NCBI GenBank assembly: GCA_013265495.1
Contig: MU058384.1
Coordinates: forward strand, 3,509,010 to 3,573,009
Direction of reading: 5' to 3'
Length of the DNA stretch: 64,000 nucleotides
Source: Vicugna vicugna
Lineage: Eukaryota
Part shown: piece by piece, positions 13,131 to 24,410 of the stretch
How positions within the stretch are numbered: position 1 is the first letter of the stretch
How the letters are laid out: each line of letters begins with the position of its first letter
The notes under the pieces: model-generated
Database searches by the model: none
What the model saw: the letters and a program-made list of their open reading frames with translations, nothing else
What the model was told of the DNA's origin: nothing
Program-made: the position numbers and the translations under genes

Positions 13131-13429
13131 AAGACTTTATATTTAATGAACAGATTAGACTAGGTCTTGAGGTAACAGATAAATTCAGTGATGATCCATG
13201 CCCCTTCCAGTGGCTCAAATCTAACAGGGGACTAGAGTTTTAAAATATACATAAAGGCTAAGATGAAAGCAGGTACTGGGGACTCCTGAGGGTATGGGGG
13301 GACAGTGACACCCTATGTGGGGATCAGGAGAAGTTTTGTGCCCTGGCTTGGTTATGGAAAGTGAGTAAGAGTTAGGGCACCTACGGCAGGCAGAAGAAAT
13401 GGTAGGCACAAAGGTGACTGGATGTTTGG

Positions 13430-13900
13430 GAAACCACGTAGTATTGCTAAACCATAAGGTTCCTGTTGAGGAGCTATGAGAAATGGGACTGGAGAGTGGG
13501 GCGTAAGGCCAGGTAATGGGAGAATTAGGGTGTTATATTAAGAACTTTGGGCTTCATTGTGTTTGCAAAGAGAAATCTCTGTAGGGTTTTGAGTTGGGAT
13601 TCCCATGGTCAATGTTGTGCTTTAGATACAACTGGATAGTGTTAAAGACAGCTTTAGGGGGAGTAAGACTAGAAAATTTAAAAAAAAGGGGGGGGGCAGC
13701 TAGAAAACTGAGGCAGTTGTCCAGGAGAGAGAAGATGGGAGTCTAAAAGAGGAGAGTGGGATGTGGGGCTGGAGACAGACCCTGAAGGGAAATTCCTTTA
13801 GGAGGAAAGTGGCTGGGACTTGATCATTCACAGCAGGAAGAAGCAAGGACATAGAAGAAGGCGGAAACCTTAAGCTTCTATTACAGGTACCGAAGAGTTC
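13430..13900. mobile_element. L2 remnant in intron 6
   Basis: taagaactttgggcttcatt...gtagggttttgag...gaggcagttgtccaggagagagaagatgg (purine-rich strand of L2). Confidence 0.5.
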
Positions 13901-14886
13901 CCAAGGGCAGAGCATATTTTAACAATAAAAATGGATGCATGTTCACGTGTGCACGGTGCATACATGCATTCCTGTTAGTTCAGTTTATTAATAGATTTCA
14001 GCCTTGACTTTTTAATGGTATAGGGAGACCTTTCCTGGGAGGAAAAAGCACAGGAGAACTGACCACATGTGACTTTCTGAAACCAAAAATTTCATATAAG
14101 AATGATGATGAGGTTCCTATTTTGTAACATTAAATGAAATCACATCACAGGGTAGATAATGAGGATTGTAGCACATCTCATCATTGACAGTCTAAACAGG
14201 CACCTTCCACATATCCCCAGCAAAATTTTAATCAAATAAAATTTTAAACATTTTCCTGTTGTGATTTTGACCTGCTATAAACTGGAGATTAATTTCCCTT
14301 TTTGGTCCTACTACAGCATGGTTAGTATGGGGGGAAGTAAGTAAAACCATCTCCATTCATGGGCTTATTTCCCTTTTTGCACCTTGTTTTCATGCTCTTC
14401 CACATTTCCTGTCCAGAGTATATGCAAAAAGGGGCTGGTAGCCCAGGGAGCCATGGCTTATTGATAATTACATAGTACACTGTCATTAGCAAAGCAATTT
14501 CAAAAACTCTATCCCAGTCTTCACCACTCCTGACATGGCTGAAATTCTGATTTTACAGAATTAAAACCTGAAGGTCAAGAAATTAAATAACTCCCCTGAA
14601 TTCCCTCAGCCAGTTAAAGGAGGGTGCAGTCACAACCTGATCCTTGGACTGGATCAGGACCACCCAGTGGACCGCTTTCCACTTCCATATGCATTTCACC
14701 AGTCTTGGGTCTCTTGCCTCCAGGTCAGTGAGATTTCCAGTATATTCCAAACATAACTTTCGCTTCCATGAATTGGTAAGAATAAGCCCTTAAAACTATC
14801 TGGTGACAGTATAAATTCTACTTAAAGCTATCTTTCATGTCTCTCTAAAGTGAAAATGTGAAAACCATTCTCTTCTCTCTTTATAG

Positions 14887-15678
14887 ATTTTGATTTATGG
14901 AAATGAATTTGACAAAAGATTCTTTGTACCTGCTGAAAAAATTGTGATTAACTTTATCACTCTCAACATTTTGGAGGATTCTAAAACCTCTCAAAAGGAT
15001 ATAAGTGTAATAGGAAAAAGCAATGAGCTATCGGACGTGAATGAGCCCAGCGAGGACCAGGAGCCTCATCAGGAGGAAATGGAGGTGAAACACCTGGGGT
15101 ATGCGTCCCACTTGATAGACATTGTCTGTGACTCTGAGGGAAGCACCAAAGGGACTTCCCTAACCCAGCCAGAGCCACCTGGCAGAACAATGCCCACAGA
15201 TGAAACGATTGTTGAATATGAATGTGATATAAGAACCAGTGACATTTTTGTGCTGCCTGAAGATCCGGAGCTCAATTTGCAGGAGGCGGTGTCCCTCCAG
15301 GGAAAGTTATTTGCGCAACAGGCAGCTCTGGCAGATTTGATCCCACAAGCACTGCCGTATCCATACGTCCCCCAGCTCAGAGACTTGGACCACGTGCCAC
15401 CGGAGCAAGTGGACACAGAGGAGGGGCCAGAGGAAGAGCCATCGACCACACTGGTCGATTGGGACCCTCGGACCGGCAGGCTGTGTATACCTTCTCTATC
15501 CAGCTTTGAGCACGACTCAGAGGGATGTGGGTGTCCTGAGTCTGACGGGCTCACGGAGGAGGGCGTCCTGTCTAGACTCTATGAGGAGCAGGCTCCAAAC
15601 AAGGCGCTGGAAGAAAATGAAACCTATCTCATGCAATTTATGGAGGAATGGGATTTATATGTACAAATGGAAGACTAA
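14887..15678 (+). CDS. IL20RA: IL20RA last coding exon 7 (cytoplasmic tail)
   Basis: Acceptor ctctttatag|; ILIYGNEFDKRFFVPAEKIVINFITLNI...TTLVDWDPRTGRLCIPSL...ENETYLMQFMEEWDLYVQMED*, matching the IL20RA C-terminus; ORF 14890..15678. Confidence 0.98.
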   Translation: MLIYGNEFDKRFFVPAEKIVINFITLNILEDSKTSQKDISVIGKSNELSDVNEPSEDQEPHQEEMEVKHLGYASHLIDIVCDSEGSTKGTSLTQPEPPGRTMPTDETIVEYECDIRTSDIFVLPEDPELNLQEAVSLQGKLFAQQAALADLIPQALPYPYVPQLRDLDHVPPEQVDTEEGPEEEPSTTLVDWDPRTGRLCIPSLSSFEHDSEGCGCPESDGLTEEGVLSRLYEEQAPNKALEENETYLMQFMEEWDLYVQMED

Positions 15679-15749
15679 CACCCAAACTTCCCTTGGCCAG
15701 ATCTCAACTGTTACAAGGCACCTGAGTGCAAACTGATGAGTGACCACAC

Positions 15750-15755
15750 AATAAA
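15750..15755 (+). terminator. Candidate proximal polyadenylation signal of IL20RA (others at 16222 and 17417)
   Basis: AATAAA about 70 nt after the stop, followed by a T/GT-rich tract. The site actually used cannot be determined from sequence. Confidence 0.35.
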
Positions 15756-16414
15756 GTACCTGGGGTATAAGTTTACTCAGATTTCTCTGGGTCAGTGAGA
15801 ATCACTTACTTCTCTCTATTCTCATAGCACTTGTTTCATTCTGCCTCGTCTGAGTGATGGGGTCGTGCGTGTGGGTCTCCTGCACGGATGGTGTGCGCCC
15901 AGAGTAGAGGAGCCAATCCACTCTTTGTACCTAGTAAGTATTCAAAAATGTTGGCTGAAGTGGATGCAGAATTTATTCAGGTGGGTATATTCTCTTTGTT
16001 TGTCATTTTTTAACAAGCACACTTTTGCAATTATCTCCTTTGCACTACAAAAAATACTTCATGAAGGCCATTCCTTGTATAAGTACTGCTTTTTCAGAAT
16101 TTTGTTTATTGTCAGAATGATGAGATACTTAAAACATGCAAACACCAGTAGGTGGGTGGGAAGTTGTTATATTTAAAGACTGTAAACCACTGTTCAATCA
16201 TAATAATCCGTGTTCAGGGTGAATAAACCAGGCACAGATCTTCTTGGCATCATATACTTTGAGCTACTTTAAGTGGCCATATTAATATTTCAGGAGAAGT
16301 TCTGGAGTGTAAACATAAATTGTTATTATATGTTGTAGTCAGAAAAATGTCTTCTCAATAACTTAATAGGGACTTTTTAGCAGGGAATTAACCTGAAAGA
16401 AAATGCCACATTTT

Positions 16415-16539
16415 TTTCTTTGTTTTGTTTTGGGGAAAGTAATTAGGTATTTATTTATTTTGATGGAGGTATTGGGGATCGAACCCAGGACCTTGTGCAT
16501 GCTAGGTGCATACTCTGCCACTCAGCTATCCCTTGCCCC
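16415..16539 (-). mobile_element. tRNA-Ala-derived SINE (Vic-1-like) in the 3' UTR or 3' flank
   Basis: ggaggtattggggatcgaacccaggaccttgtgcatgctagg...ctcagctatccc; perfect 17-bp TSD AGAAAATGCCACATTTT (16398-16414 / 16540-16556). Confidence 0.9.
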
Positions 16540-17007
16540 AGAAAATGCCACATTTTATAATAGAATGCTACATTTATTTCTGGAGATGTGTTTTTAAAAG
16601 ATATTTATACAATCTATAAATTAGAATGCTTTTAGTAGCTGAATCACTGTTATTATTATAATGTTAAATATTTGAATATTAATATAGATATTAATATAAT
16701 ACAGATATATAGAAATTATAGATATTAATAAATATAGAATATTAAATATTCTATTTGAATGAGCAATGCCTCAGAGACTCCTTGGAGTATGTATGAATGA
16801 ATATCTCATATCTACATAATTTTAAAATCAGTAAACAAACAGGACATACAAAAGAAATGTTAAATTAATAGGTAAGAGAGAGGGTATTAAAAACTTGACA
16901 AACTTTACTGTGAGAATGAAATTCCAGTCATTATTCCTATCTCCTTCACCATTTGGTTAGAAAATTAAATTTGATAATCACGGGGCATTAAAATATGACA
17001 GAATCTA

Positions 17008-17087
17008 TTAAGTTAAACCATATAAAATTGTGAATATTTGACTGTTTCTGACCTGCAGAAACAGCCGTGTCATATGATTTAACTTAA
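17008..17087. mobile_element. MADE2 (80-bp mariner-type MITE)
   Basis: TA-flanked 80-bp element with TIRs ttaagttaaaccatat...atatgatttaacttaa and the internal tttgactgtttctgacctgcagaaacag layout of MADE2. Confidence 0.8.
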
Positions 17088-17689
17088 TATGTATTAGTTT
17101 TAGTCAAGAACTCATAATTCATTGATGCTCTTTCAGGAAAGCAGATGTCATCCATATTTTCTTATTTATATTCTTGGCACAGGCAGACAACTCTGGTAGG
17201 AGAGATAGATTCTGAAGTCTTGGTCTTCTGAGATTGTCCACAAATCCAAACAGTTTCTGATCTAATGGTTTAATTTAGAGCATAATTATATTAACCAGAA
17301 TGTTCTGTTCTTCTCAATCTTTGTAAAAATGATTCTGCCAGTTTTGAAGAACAAATTTATTATTACTGTAAAAGAAATTCAGGAGTGGGAAGGAATGAGC
17401 TGCTTTTAAGAGCAAAAATAAAATGAAGTGATGGATGATTGGTTTACTGATTTCATTCACAAAATATCGATTGAGCACCCAGTATGTCCTACAATGTCCT
17501 CATCTATGAAACAGGGATAACCACTCCCTTAGGGTGACTTCAGGGATGAAAAACATTTGAACATCGAAGGCACTTAGAACAGTGCCTGGCACATGGTGAG
17601 GGCTCTGTAAGTGCTTGTTATCATCGTTGTTAACTGCCGTAGCATGTGCTCAGCACCAGGAAGGAGAAGCCATTTAGACATATAACTTT

Positions 17690-17897
17690 AAAAAATTTTT
17701 ATTTTTTTAAATTGACATATAGTTGGTTTACATTGCTGTGTTAATTTCTGGTGTACAGCATAGTGATTCAGATATATATACATATATATTATATTCCTTT
17801 ACATATTCTTTCTCGTGATGGCCTATTATGAGATATTGAATATAGTTCCCTGTGCTGTACAGTAGAACCTCGTTGTTTATCTATTTTATATATAATA
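17690..17897 (-). mobile_element. L1 3' end (Laurasiatheria type), antisense
   Basis: T tail, then gtacagcatagtgattcag...gaatatagttccctgtgctgtacagtag...tttatctattttatatat; degenerate TSD tagacatataact / taggcatatgact. Confidence 0.85.
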
Positions 17898-18243
17898 TAG
17901 GCATATGACTCTTTTGATTCAAAGGCAGAGCTTGCCTCACTTTGCTTCTCTTGCCTAAAAGTACAATAGTAATTTGCTTTCTATTTTATACCTTCAGACT
18001 GAAATCTGTCTGGATTTGTAAAAAGGAATTTAACTCTGAATGGCTTTCAAATCTCTTGTCACTCTAAGCATGTCAGAAATATTGAGCTTTTTTAAACTTT
18101 TGTTACTTCAGCACTTTGCAACATACTTACACACACACACATATATATTCAAACATGAGCATACATAGGTGTTTCTTGGGGGGAAAGGTAACACATTCTT
18201 AGATACAGTATATCTGTGTGGGTGGCATACAATAAGTATTCTT

Positions 18244-18535
18244 ACAAACTATGGTTACCAAAGGGGAAAGGTGGGGAGGGGTAAATTAGGAGTTTGGGAT
18301 TAACAGACACAACTACTGTATATAAAATAGATAAATAACGAGGACCAACTAAGAACACAGCAAATTATACTTAATTTCTTGTAATAAGCTATAATGAAAA
18401 AGAATCTGAAAATATATGTGTATACATATACATATATGTATATGTATAACGGAATCGCTATGCTGTATAACTGAAACTAACATTGTAAATCAACTATACT
18501 TACTATAAATTTTTTTTAATTTTAACTTAAAAAAA
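18244..18535 (+). mobile_element. L1 3' end
   Basis: aaactatggttaccaaaggggaaagg...ggagtttgggattaacaga...cattgtaaatcaactatact plus A tail; flanks aagtattctt / aagtatttctt. Confidence 0.85.
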
Positions 18536-19465
18536 AGTATTTCTTGTAAGGGAAAGATAACACATTCTTAAATGCAGTAGACCTGTGTGAGTGGCAGCCA
18601 AGGTGGATCCTGTCATCTCTGTGGTCAGAGCCTCAGCAGCTCCAAGAAGTCACCCTCTGGGACTTCGTCAGATTCCATCCCTAGGTTTGAGGTCCCATTG
18701 GAGCTGGGAAGTTGAGGTTTTAGAATCTTTGACAAGTAGCTTTATCCTCTCACTAGCTGTTCATCAGTCTAGGATTTTAAATACTTCTTCCACATTAGGT
18801 AAGATTTCCTCCTGAAAACGTCTGTTAGTGGCCCTGTGTTCGCACCCCACAAATTCTAAACAACTGGGTGAATAAAAACACCCTACTCCTAAGTGAGTTA
18901 AACTTGGCTCCATATCTTGCACGTGAGGAGGCAGTAGGCGAAGAGGGATACTTGCCCCTTCAGCCTACAACATGGGAAAGATCGGGTGCCCCCAGGCTGA
19001 GCTCAACTCAAAGGAAATCAGTGCAGGGGAAAACTGTTTATACAGCCCAGAGCGCAAGTCTGTGCAGCATGAGAAATCTAATGAGAACATCAAATAGACG
19101 GCTTCATCAGCATGGATCCGTGCACCTGGGTCATAAATCAAATCCTCTCTGGCCCACACTCTACCTCCCAAGTCTTGAGATGAATTTTTGTTAAATTATC
19201 TGGGGAAGAACCATTTGTCTCTATTTCCTCTGTGGTTCCCCACATTATACTTTGCATAAATCTTCAACCTACAATTTTCTCAAAGACTCTGCTCAAAAAC
19301 ATGTGCCTACAATGTTTTTAATAAATAGTGCAATGGTTATAGGTATTTTAAGATAAAAGAAATAGATAAATGTATACATATTTATTACAGACTAACTAGA
19401 AATAAAGGGGGGAAAATAAAAATTATCTGCAATACTCCCACCCATTGTAAACATTTTAGGGGAGA

Positions 19466-19684
19466 GAAATGATTCTCAGCTGGGGGTGATTTTGTCCTCC
19501 ATGGGACATCTGGCAATGTCTGGAGACAGTTTTGATTGTTGCAACTCAGTGGGGGGGCACTGCTGGCATCTAGTGGGGAGAGGCCAGGAATGCTGTTCCA
19601 TGTCCTACGATGCCCAAGGCAGCCCCTCATAACAGAGTTACCCAGACCAAAGTGTCAGGAGTGTCTAGGTGGATTAAACCCTGG
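19466..19684 (+). mobile_element. MER20 hAT DNA transposon
   Basis: ttctcagctgggggtgattttgtcc...gggacatctggcaatgtctggagacagttttgattg...ggcatctagtggggagaggccagg...aaaccctg. Confidence 0.85.
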
Positions 19685-20987
19685 TATAGAATTTTCCAGA
19701 AACTTTCAATGCATATGTGTATATATTTTTCCCAAACAAAAGGGATCTTACTGATTTCTTTTATAACTTGCTCTCTTTATTTACTCAAACATATGTATCT
19801 ATCTTAACTATACTTAGATTAATTTTCTGAAATACGAATCTTATTCAGACTAGAACTATTGAAATGCTAGATTATGAATTAATTTTTTTCTAAACTTAAT
19901 ATTTTAATCTTTTTTAGTCAAACAGTAACCAAAAGTTGGAGTTATTAAGAGCAAAGCGATGTGACTCCTTGAAAGATAACTGAACCTCTCCTAAATGTTA
20001 TTTCCTGGAAATCCCTACCCCTGCAGAGCAGCTGGATGACTATTAGGTAGTCATTCATCTTCCCTTGGAGGTGTTGGGTTCTCCTGTGCTTAGCTTCAAT
20101 TACCTTCCCTCTTAAAGTCTTCAGGAACTTCAGTGACAGGTGCTTAAAGGCAATCTTGGCTTTCACTGTAAATCCTGGATGAATATTTATGTTTATCATT
20201 GATTTCCTCCAGACTCCTTTGCCTGTGGCAGCTGCAAGATTTCTTTTGTACTTTACCAGTTTCAGCCTCTAACAAATTTTCCAGCTGGTTTTCATTTCTG
20301 ACTGTCACTAAAGATGGCACACTGAGGTTATGAAAGCATTGCTTCATCCAAGGCTCCCTTCAGGGAGGCGTGAGGGCTGGGGTGCTTCGTTGTGTTTGTG
20401 CCAGTTGAAGGAGGCTCCTTCTGTCCTCAGAAAAAGCTGCCTGTTCATGTGTTTCCCTGAAACTCTGTCTCTGGCATTTTGCTAAATTTGGAAGCAGTTG
20501 AGATATTTTTCTCCCTTATTTCCTCCGCACATTTCTTCTTATTTCTTAATCTATCATTCACTGGATTAAGTGCTATTTGGAGGCTTCCCACCAACTCAGA
20601 AGATGGACATATGGCTCGTGTTTGTGTTTTCTCACCCAGGCAGCTGAAACAATGAACATTATCTGGGGATAAATACCATCTATCATTTGCCCATCCCTGG
20701 AGCTAGTGGACTTCTGCTGGACATATGAATTATCTACTGCTGTTAGAGGTTTCATAAAGTTAAGATAGTTTGCATATTATCTTTTCTTCTCATGAAGTGC
20801 GTCCTTCCCCAATCTGAAATTGATTTGAATTGCAGACCCAAACATTTGATGTGAGAGGGGGAAAACCAGGGGAAACTTTAATCCCAACCCCCAAAAGAAG
20901 GCACGGGATATTGGATCTTTATTAAATTTGTCAACTTTGTGCTTTTACAAGAATTTAGCAGCATTTGATTAAAAAAGATATGCAGAC

Positions 20988-21440
20988 TGTCATCTGAAAA
21001 AAATTGTACAACCTAAAAGCTGAAAATTATGTTTTACTTGGCAGGCTTTCTGAGGACTTAAGTTGGGGAGGCAGCCTCAGGTAACTCTGAGGGACTGTTC
21101 CAAAGAGGTAAGGGAGGAGCCAGGGTGTATAGGAGATTTTGCAACAAAAGCCAGGTAGTCAGAACATCAAAAGATTACTGCTAATTAAAGAAAACCAGAC
21201 ATCTCAAGTTAATGAATTTAGTGGTTTTCTGGTTTTCCATGTATGGGAAGATGCAAGAGTCTGGGCTCATTGAAATCAACCTTTTGATCTACACCCTAAC
21301 TATCTAGGGCCAGTATCCTGTTTTCCTCCATCCTGAATCCCCTCAGAGTGCACCACTGAGGGGCAGCTACCGTGGCTGATGGTTTGTTGGCCCCAACATC
21401 TATTGTTTATTGATATAGTGGACACCATTTTTCATTCACA
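20988..21440 (-). mobile_element. ERV1 solo LTR, MER41-like
   Basis: TG...CA ends; ctctgagggactgttccaaagaggtaagggaggagccagg, aaagattactgctaattaaagaaaaccagacatctcaagttaatg, atgggaagatgcaagagtctgggctcattgaaatca (artiodactyl MER41-type motifs as recalled). Confidence 0.65.
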
Positions 21441-21970
21441 GTAACTTAGGCAAGTTACCTAAACTTTTGGGACCAAAATCCCTCATCTATTAAACGGGAA
21501 TAATAATTGTACCTACTTCATAGGGTTGTGGGAGGTTTAAAGGAATCAATACACTGAAAGTTCTTAGAAGAGTGCCTGACACTAAGTGAGTGTATTTCTT
21601 TATCAGTGGGAGAAAGCTGTGGAAATGAATGAACCACATCTCTACATGGCAGCATGAATGAATCTTACAAACACACTGAGTAAAAAGAGTGATTCCTAGA
21701 AGAATATACAGCAGATAAATCCATTTATATAAAGTCTCAAAACAAATGAAAGTAAACATTTTGATAGAAATGTGGTGAAACTATTAAGAAAGGCAAGGAA
21801 AAGATCAACACAAAGTTTAGGATTGTGATTTCCCCGTGGACTGAAGGTAATGGGATAACACAGAGCTTCCGTGGGATTGAAAACAGGCTCCTTAAATATG
21901 GTAGAAACAGGGTATTCCTTTGATCAGTCTTCTTTGAACTGCGTGTATATATTACACGTGCCCTAAAGTG
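21441..21970 (+). mobile_element. MIR fragment followed by an old L1M 3' fragment
   Basis: ggcaagttacctaaac...ctcatctattaaacgggaataataattgtacctacttcatagggttgtg (MIR); atgaatgaatcttacaaacac...ccatttatataaagtctcaaaac (L1M). Confidence 0.6.
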
Positions 21971-23689
21971 TGTCTATTTAATTAGGAGAAACAATAATGG
22001 AACCCCAAACCCCCTGAATTTTGTGTCACTTTCATAGGTTCCATAATCAGGTCAGCTCTGCACCACGGGTAAAGGCATTTGGAGTTAGGAGCGGAGAGCT
22101 CTTAGACATTTTCCCTTGCAAGTCAGAAACAAGTATTTTATGGCAATCTTCTGTTTACAAAGATCCTTAGTGTCCCAAGATTTGATTATGTCTAAAATTC
22201 TGAACAGGAAAGAACTGTTGATAAATTGCTTAATACGGTTTCCCTGGTGAAAGGTGTGCCCTGAAAACTGGCTTTGCTGAGAACTGCCATCATTCAAAGA
22301 GCAAATACCTGAGCCCTGGCAGGAAATGAGGAGCACACGTGATTCACACTAACTTCCAAAATGCAAGCAAAGTCTCCTTCTCACAGGTAACAATGAGTTA
22401 CAAGCAAAAAGATCTCAGGCAGGCAGGCTGGCAGTCCCACTGACAAAAAGTACATAGTGTATACAAATCCCTTCCTTATGAAGCAGCTAATTGTTGATCT
22501 CTGCTGATTTTAGGATCCAAGGAAGAAGGATTAAGACTTTCAACTGTTCTGCCTTCACACTCCAGATAACTGTTCCTTTCTGTAATAAGCTTGCCTTAGT
22601 TACATATGCTTAGTGATCATCAGCAAATAGAATGCGTTTGCTTTTCCTAAGTCCCATATTTCCTGCCAGCTTGTTGCCAGCAGCTTCCAAAATGAAAGAG
22701 TTGCAAAATTACAGATTTAAACAAGACTTTCAAGTGGAATCACCTTTAATCCAGGCTTGATGGTGAACTTGAAACCTTTAACTTTCCCCCCAAACAAGGT
22801 ATAAACAGAAGGATGCTTAAGACATTTGCTAATATTTCTTCTTAGCAATCCTCATCATCTAAACCCCAGTCTCAGAAATCTGGAGCCAAGTAGTGCCTTT
22901 CTGTGAATGTGATGTACAGGACTTTAGAAATTCTCACATGAAGCCCTTGGCACTAAGACAATTCGGAGTTCTCTCCCTTACGAAAAATCAGTATGAGTCC
23001 ACAAATGTCTTTTTTTTTTTAATTTCTCCTTTTCATTGCTATCCTGCCTAAGCAAATCTCTTTTATTATCATTTTTCCATAATGAAGGTTTTGGGTTGTC
23101 AGAAAAGGGAACGCTGCGCACCAGTAAGGTTCAGAACTCATCTTGTTTCCATAAATCTCTTTCCCACTCCAAGACCAGGACCAGACAGCCATGTATCAGA
23201 GAAGCAAAATAAATGACAGGTTAACAGCAGTACACATTTGAAAACATTGCCTATATCATCTTTCAACCAGAATACATATTATTTGTTCTTGTCCCAGTCC
23301 TCCAGAAAACTCCAAGGCAGTTAGCACTGGAGTGGAGATGTCTTTGCTTGAAGTATCAGAATAAACTGGGAAATACAACTCAGCCAGTGTCTCACTTCTT
23401 ACTGCGCTCAAGGTCTCAGGTATGCCTAAATCTTAAAATCGTATTATAGTGATTTTCCAACAACTAGAGAAAGTGAGAATGGAATGAACAGAGGTGGGAG
23501 GGAAGCAGGGTATCTTCAGAGCCCCAGGGTCTTGCACAGTGTGCAGCGCTCAGCTCAAACTTGTGATGAACAAACAAGTGCATGGGAAAGTGTGAGCAAA
23601 GTCATGGACATTTAAGGGTACACTGTGTTTGGTTGGGAAAGGAATGTGAATAACTCTAAAAATATTCTTACGTATAATGCCTTATTTAA

Positions 23690-24410
23690 CTTCTAGGTTG
23701 TAAACTCCATGAAGGCAGGGAGTTTTACCTCCTTTTTTTCCCCACTGTATGTGCCCAATAACTAAAATAGCATCTGCGGTATAGTAGTTGCTCAATAAAT
23801 ATTTGCCGATGGGAAATATGAATAAATGAATCTTAAAAAAATCATGTGAATTTGTGCCCAGAGATAGACACACATGTAGAGTTTATTGATCTTTGATCAA
23901 GCCACAAAGGCAAGTCAGAGGAGAAAGAATAATGTATTCAACAACCAGTGATGGAACAATTGGACATTCACATGCAAAAAAAAAAAAAAGGATTCTAGAC
24001 AAAGACTTCGCATCTTTCACAAAACTTAATTCAAAGTGGAGCACAGACCTAAATTTAAAATGCAAAACTATAAAACTTTCAGAAGAAAACATAGCAGAAT
24101 CAGCCACCTTGGGTTTAGCAATGAGTTTTTAATTACAGCACAATAACCACAATCCAGAAAGGGGTTTTTGGCTGAGGGAAGGCCAAGTGCTAAGACTCCG
24201 AGATGTACGTGCATCTGCGCACTGAAGGGAAGGTCAGGAAGAAGGCAGGTAATGCATATAAACCAGGAGAAGCCTGGAAGGAGATGAGAACAGGGGGCAG
24301 GCAAAGACCAGGAGCCTCGTGGCGGCTGTAAGGCATTTGGGTTACACTTTAATGACAGTGGGAAGCCACTGGCGAGTTTTATACAAGAGACTGATGCAAT
24401 CAATAAATGT
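23690..24410. mobile_element. Mosaic of an L2 end, an L1M ORF2 fragment (~23880-24140) and L2
   Basis: tgtaaactccatgaaggcaggg...ctcaataaatatttg (L2 end); cacagacctaaatttaaaatgcaaaactataaaactttcagaagaaaacatag (L1 ORF2). Confidence 0.6.

Noticed and set aside
14981..15554. Antisense ORFs (161 aa and 69 aa) over exon 7
   Set aside because: Shadow frames of the IL20RA coding strand with no independent signal.
16655..16755. AT-rich quasi-repeat (atatagatattaat)
   Set aside because: Low-complexity slippage tract without a regular unit.
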